Shown here: positions 37,906 to 64,000 of the stretch, one piece after another
Numbering within the stretch: the stretch's first letter is position 1
How the letters are laid out: each line of letters starts with the position of its first letter
Source: the human T2T-CHM13v2.0 reference genome, Homo sapiens
NCBI RefSeq assembly: GCF_009914755.1
Contig: NC_060941.1
Direction: 5' to 3' (one strand)
Length of the DNA: 64,000 nucleotides
The notes under the pieces: model-generated
What the model was told of the DNA's origin: nothing
The model's input: the letters and a program-made list of their open reading frames with translations, nothing else
The model's database searches: none
Position numbers and translations under genes: made by a program

Positions 37906-39296
37906 GAAGTTAGAGGAAGGTGACCTCAGAATCATTTTCTGCTGCCACCGCTGCTGCCAATCCTCCTCAATTTCCAACCCCACTGTGTCAAAGGCATTTG
38001 GGGTGGGCTGGTGATGAGATGAAAAGGAGAATCTAGAAGGCCAGAGAGAAGGAATAATCTAAGATGTTAAAGAATAGTGTACTTATCTCAGTGCCTGGTA
38101 CATAGTAAGCCAGTACTCACTATCAGGTAATAGAAGCTATGAATTTTTAAAACAGTTTTATTAAGATGTAATCATACACCATACAATTTATCTGTTTAAA
38201 GTCTAAAATTGAATGGCTTTTAATATATTCACAGTTATGCTGCCACCACCACAATCAATTTTAGAACATCCGTTTTCCCAAAAGAAACCCTGTGCCTCTT
38301 GCTGTCACCCCAACCGCCTCATCCCTCCTGGCAAAGCTATGATTTTTATTGTTATCTACACCTTACAGAATAAGGAAATTGAGACTAAGCAATGAGAATA
38401 ACTTGCCCATGACCACACAGTTGGTATGTGACAGCACTGGGATTCCATCTAGGTTTGCCAGAACCTAAAGCCTGTGCTTCTGTCCACACAGGTCAGTTTG
38501 ACCAATGAGGAAACTCAGGTTCAGAGAATATATGTGATCAACCCAAGGCCACACAGCTACAGCTATTAAGTGGTCAGGATGAGGCTCACATTTAGACTTG
38601 GCTCCTAATCCACCCATAAGTGTCCTTATTCCATTTTACTGTGCCCCTTCAGGGTAAGCAAATCAACATAATCGGAATGGATGAGATCCTTAAGATCCGA
38701 GAGAGAGATGTGAAACTAGCAGTAGTTTTCTTTCCCATTGGGGAGGGAGAATGGTGCCTGGGTCCAGTCTCGTCCTGGACTTGGAAAGTTAACATCTCTT
38801 TGGACCCAGCTGCTCCCTTTTCCTTTTGGCCCTGAACACCCTGAGGAGGCTCCATGCAGGTGGGGAGGAGTTACCCTAGCTGGAAGGAGGAGCAAGGTGG
38901 TACCTGAGCCCCTATCCAACCTTTTCTAAAGCATCTGTCTTCCTAGGAGTGAATGAGTTTGACAGTACCTACTACCTTCTCAGATGTTAAGGGGAACTGT
39001 GGGTGGGCATGAGAGAATTGTACGACAAAGCCTTTAAAAGGGATGGGATGGAAAAGCAGAGTTGCTTGGCAGCCTGCAAGTCTAGGATCTCCAGGGTGTA
39101 ATTTCCACTCTGCCCTAGACAACTATAGTCACAGTGCTTAATCCATCTGGGCCCCAGTGTCCCTATCTGTAAATTCAGAGAGAAAATGAGGAAGTAAATT
39201 GCAAGAATTATGAGTTCCTAGGAGGAAAATGTACTACAGTTATCTGAAAGAATCTTTATTTTCTTTCCTTCCTTCTCTTCTTCCTTCCTTTTGGAT

Positions 39297-40190
39297 GTTT
39301 TCAGCTTTATTGAAGTATAATTGACAAAAGGAATTGTATATATTTAAGGTACACAAATTGATGTTTTAATACATGCATACATTATTAACTATAGATAGGC
39401 CTGGTGCTGTAGATCTCCAGAATGTATTCATCTTGTATAACTGAAAATGTGTACCCTTTGATAAACATCTTCCCACTTCCTCCTACTCCCAGCCTCTGGC
39501 AACCATTATTCTACTCTTTGCCTCTATGAGTTTGACTATCTTAGATTCCACATAGAAGTGAGGTCATGCAGTGTTTGTCTTTCTGCATCTGGCTTATTTC
39601 ACTTAGCATAATGTCCCCCAAGTTCACCTATGTTGTCACAAATTGCAGGATTTCCTTCTTTTTTATGGCCCAATAGTATTCCCAATAGTATATGAATATA
39701 TATATTCAAATTTGCATATATATGTACATTTGCATATATATGCACATTGTGGTGATATATACATATATACGAGATATATACATATATATACGTATATATG
39801 GATATATACGTGTATATATATACATATATACGAGATATATACGTGTATATATATATACATATATATGTATATACACATTTTCTTTATCCATTTATCCATT
39901 GATGGACATTTAGTTTGTTTCCACATTGTGGCTATTGTGAAGAGTGATGCAATAAACATGGAAGTGTAGATATCTCTTCAAGATCCTGATTCAATTTCCT
40001 TTGGATATATGCCCAGTAGTGGGATGGCTGGATCATATGGTAGTTCCATTTTTAAGTTTTTGAAAAACTGCTATTAGGTTGTACCAATTTGCATTCCCAC
40101 CAGCAGTGCACAAGAGTTCCCTTTTCTCCACGTCCTCACCAACACTTTTGTCTTTCTGATAATAGCTATTCTGAGAGATGTAGAGTGATA
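39297..40190 (-). mobile_element. L1M 3' fragment with internal (TA/CA)n repeat (~39690-39876)
   Basis: ORF MFIASLFTIATMWKQTKCPSMDKWIKKM (L1 ORF2 end); L1 3'UTR. Confidence 0.88.
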
Positions 40191-40364
40191 TAGGGTCTTT
40201 ATTTTTAAATGTTTGTGGAAGCTAGTGATTTACCTGGCCATGGGTTGGATTTCCATGTTTTCTACTTGGAGCAAAGATCCTCCACTTTCACATTCCTTAT
40301 TTTATATTTACGATAGAGCAGCAAGAATCTAAATATCAGCTTCATAGAAGAGGAATGGACCATG

Positions 40365-40475
40365 ATAATAAACACAGCAGAGCCGGGAATCCGAGTATTT
40401 AGGAGAATTTATTTCTCACACATTTTCCCTCCACTCTCTCGGAGGTGTCCCATGGCAACGAGCATCAGGTGAGCC
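40365..40475 (-). terminator. MYH13 short 3' UTR with AATAAA poly(A) signal (40413-40408) and GU-rich downstream element
   Basis: Plus strand tttatt at 40408-40413; minus-strand ctgctgtgttt about 30-40 nt downstream; cleavage inferred near 40390. Confidence 0.85.
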
Positions 40476-63780
<23,305 letters not shown>

Positions 63781-64000
63781 CTGAAAGAACCAGGTCATTT
63801 TATGTTTTGATTGGCCTCTTTGAAAATGCTACAAAGAAAGGGTATCACCCTCTAAAAGCTTATTATCTACACCTAAGCCAAGAAATGGGTCATGCACACA
63901 CATGCATGCACATGTGCACACACTGCACACACACGTGTACATAAACTTAGATATCACCCATAAACACATTTTTTCTTTTTAGATGGAGTTTCTCTCTGTG

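Noticed and set aside
37411-37983. 190-aa ORF with poly-His/Thr-Ile/Ser-Pro tracts
   Set aside because: Starts at a non-ATG codon; stop-free only because ATC/ACC triplets lack stops in any frame; no promoter or splice support

Overview
Human (primate) genomic DNA, not a microbial accessory region. The right third (about 40390-63780, minus strand) holds the last 19 exons of a sarcomeric myosin heavy chain gene, which I identify as MYH13 (extraocular myosin, chr17p13 MYH cluster) from its C-terminus ...[15 protein letters not shown] placed all 19 exons by hand at GT-AG junctions. They sum to 3126 nt (1041 codons plus stop, about residues 898-1938 of the coiled-coil rod) with consistent phases, followed by a ~90-nt 3' UTR and AATAAA. 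The left 40 kb is non-coding and repeat-rich: Alus (about 35 across the window), L1 fragments, MaLR solo LTRs (THE1/MST/MLT1, several with intact 5-bp TSDs), hAT DNA transposons and simple repeats. Almost all ORF-track entries outside the exons are Alu/L1/simple-repeat artefacts. I found no new multi-gene system. The most unusual signals are at RNA-processing level within MYH13: (1) a ~32-bp minisatellite that tandemly copies the last exon/donor junction and creates extra perfect 5' splice sites; (2) a very weak donor (AAG|GTCCTT) next to an ~88-bp local duplication; (3) an 84-nt in-frame, stop-free intron equal to one 28-residue rod repeat; (4) phase-0 exon pairs flanked by inverted Alus (circRNA geometry). 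There are also fold-back inversions inside an L1 and an Alu, a frame-cycling VNTR and oriented CTCF-like motifs. Repeat subfamily names are from memory and boundaries are approximate.
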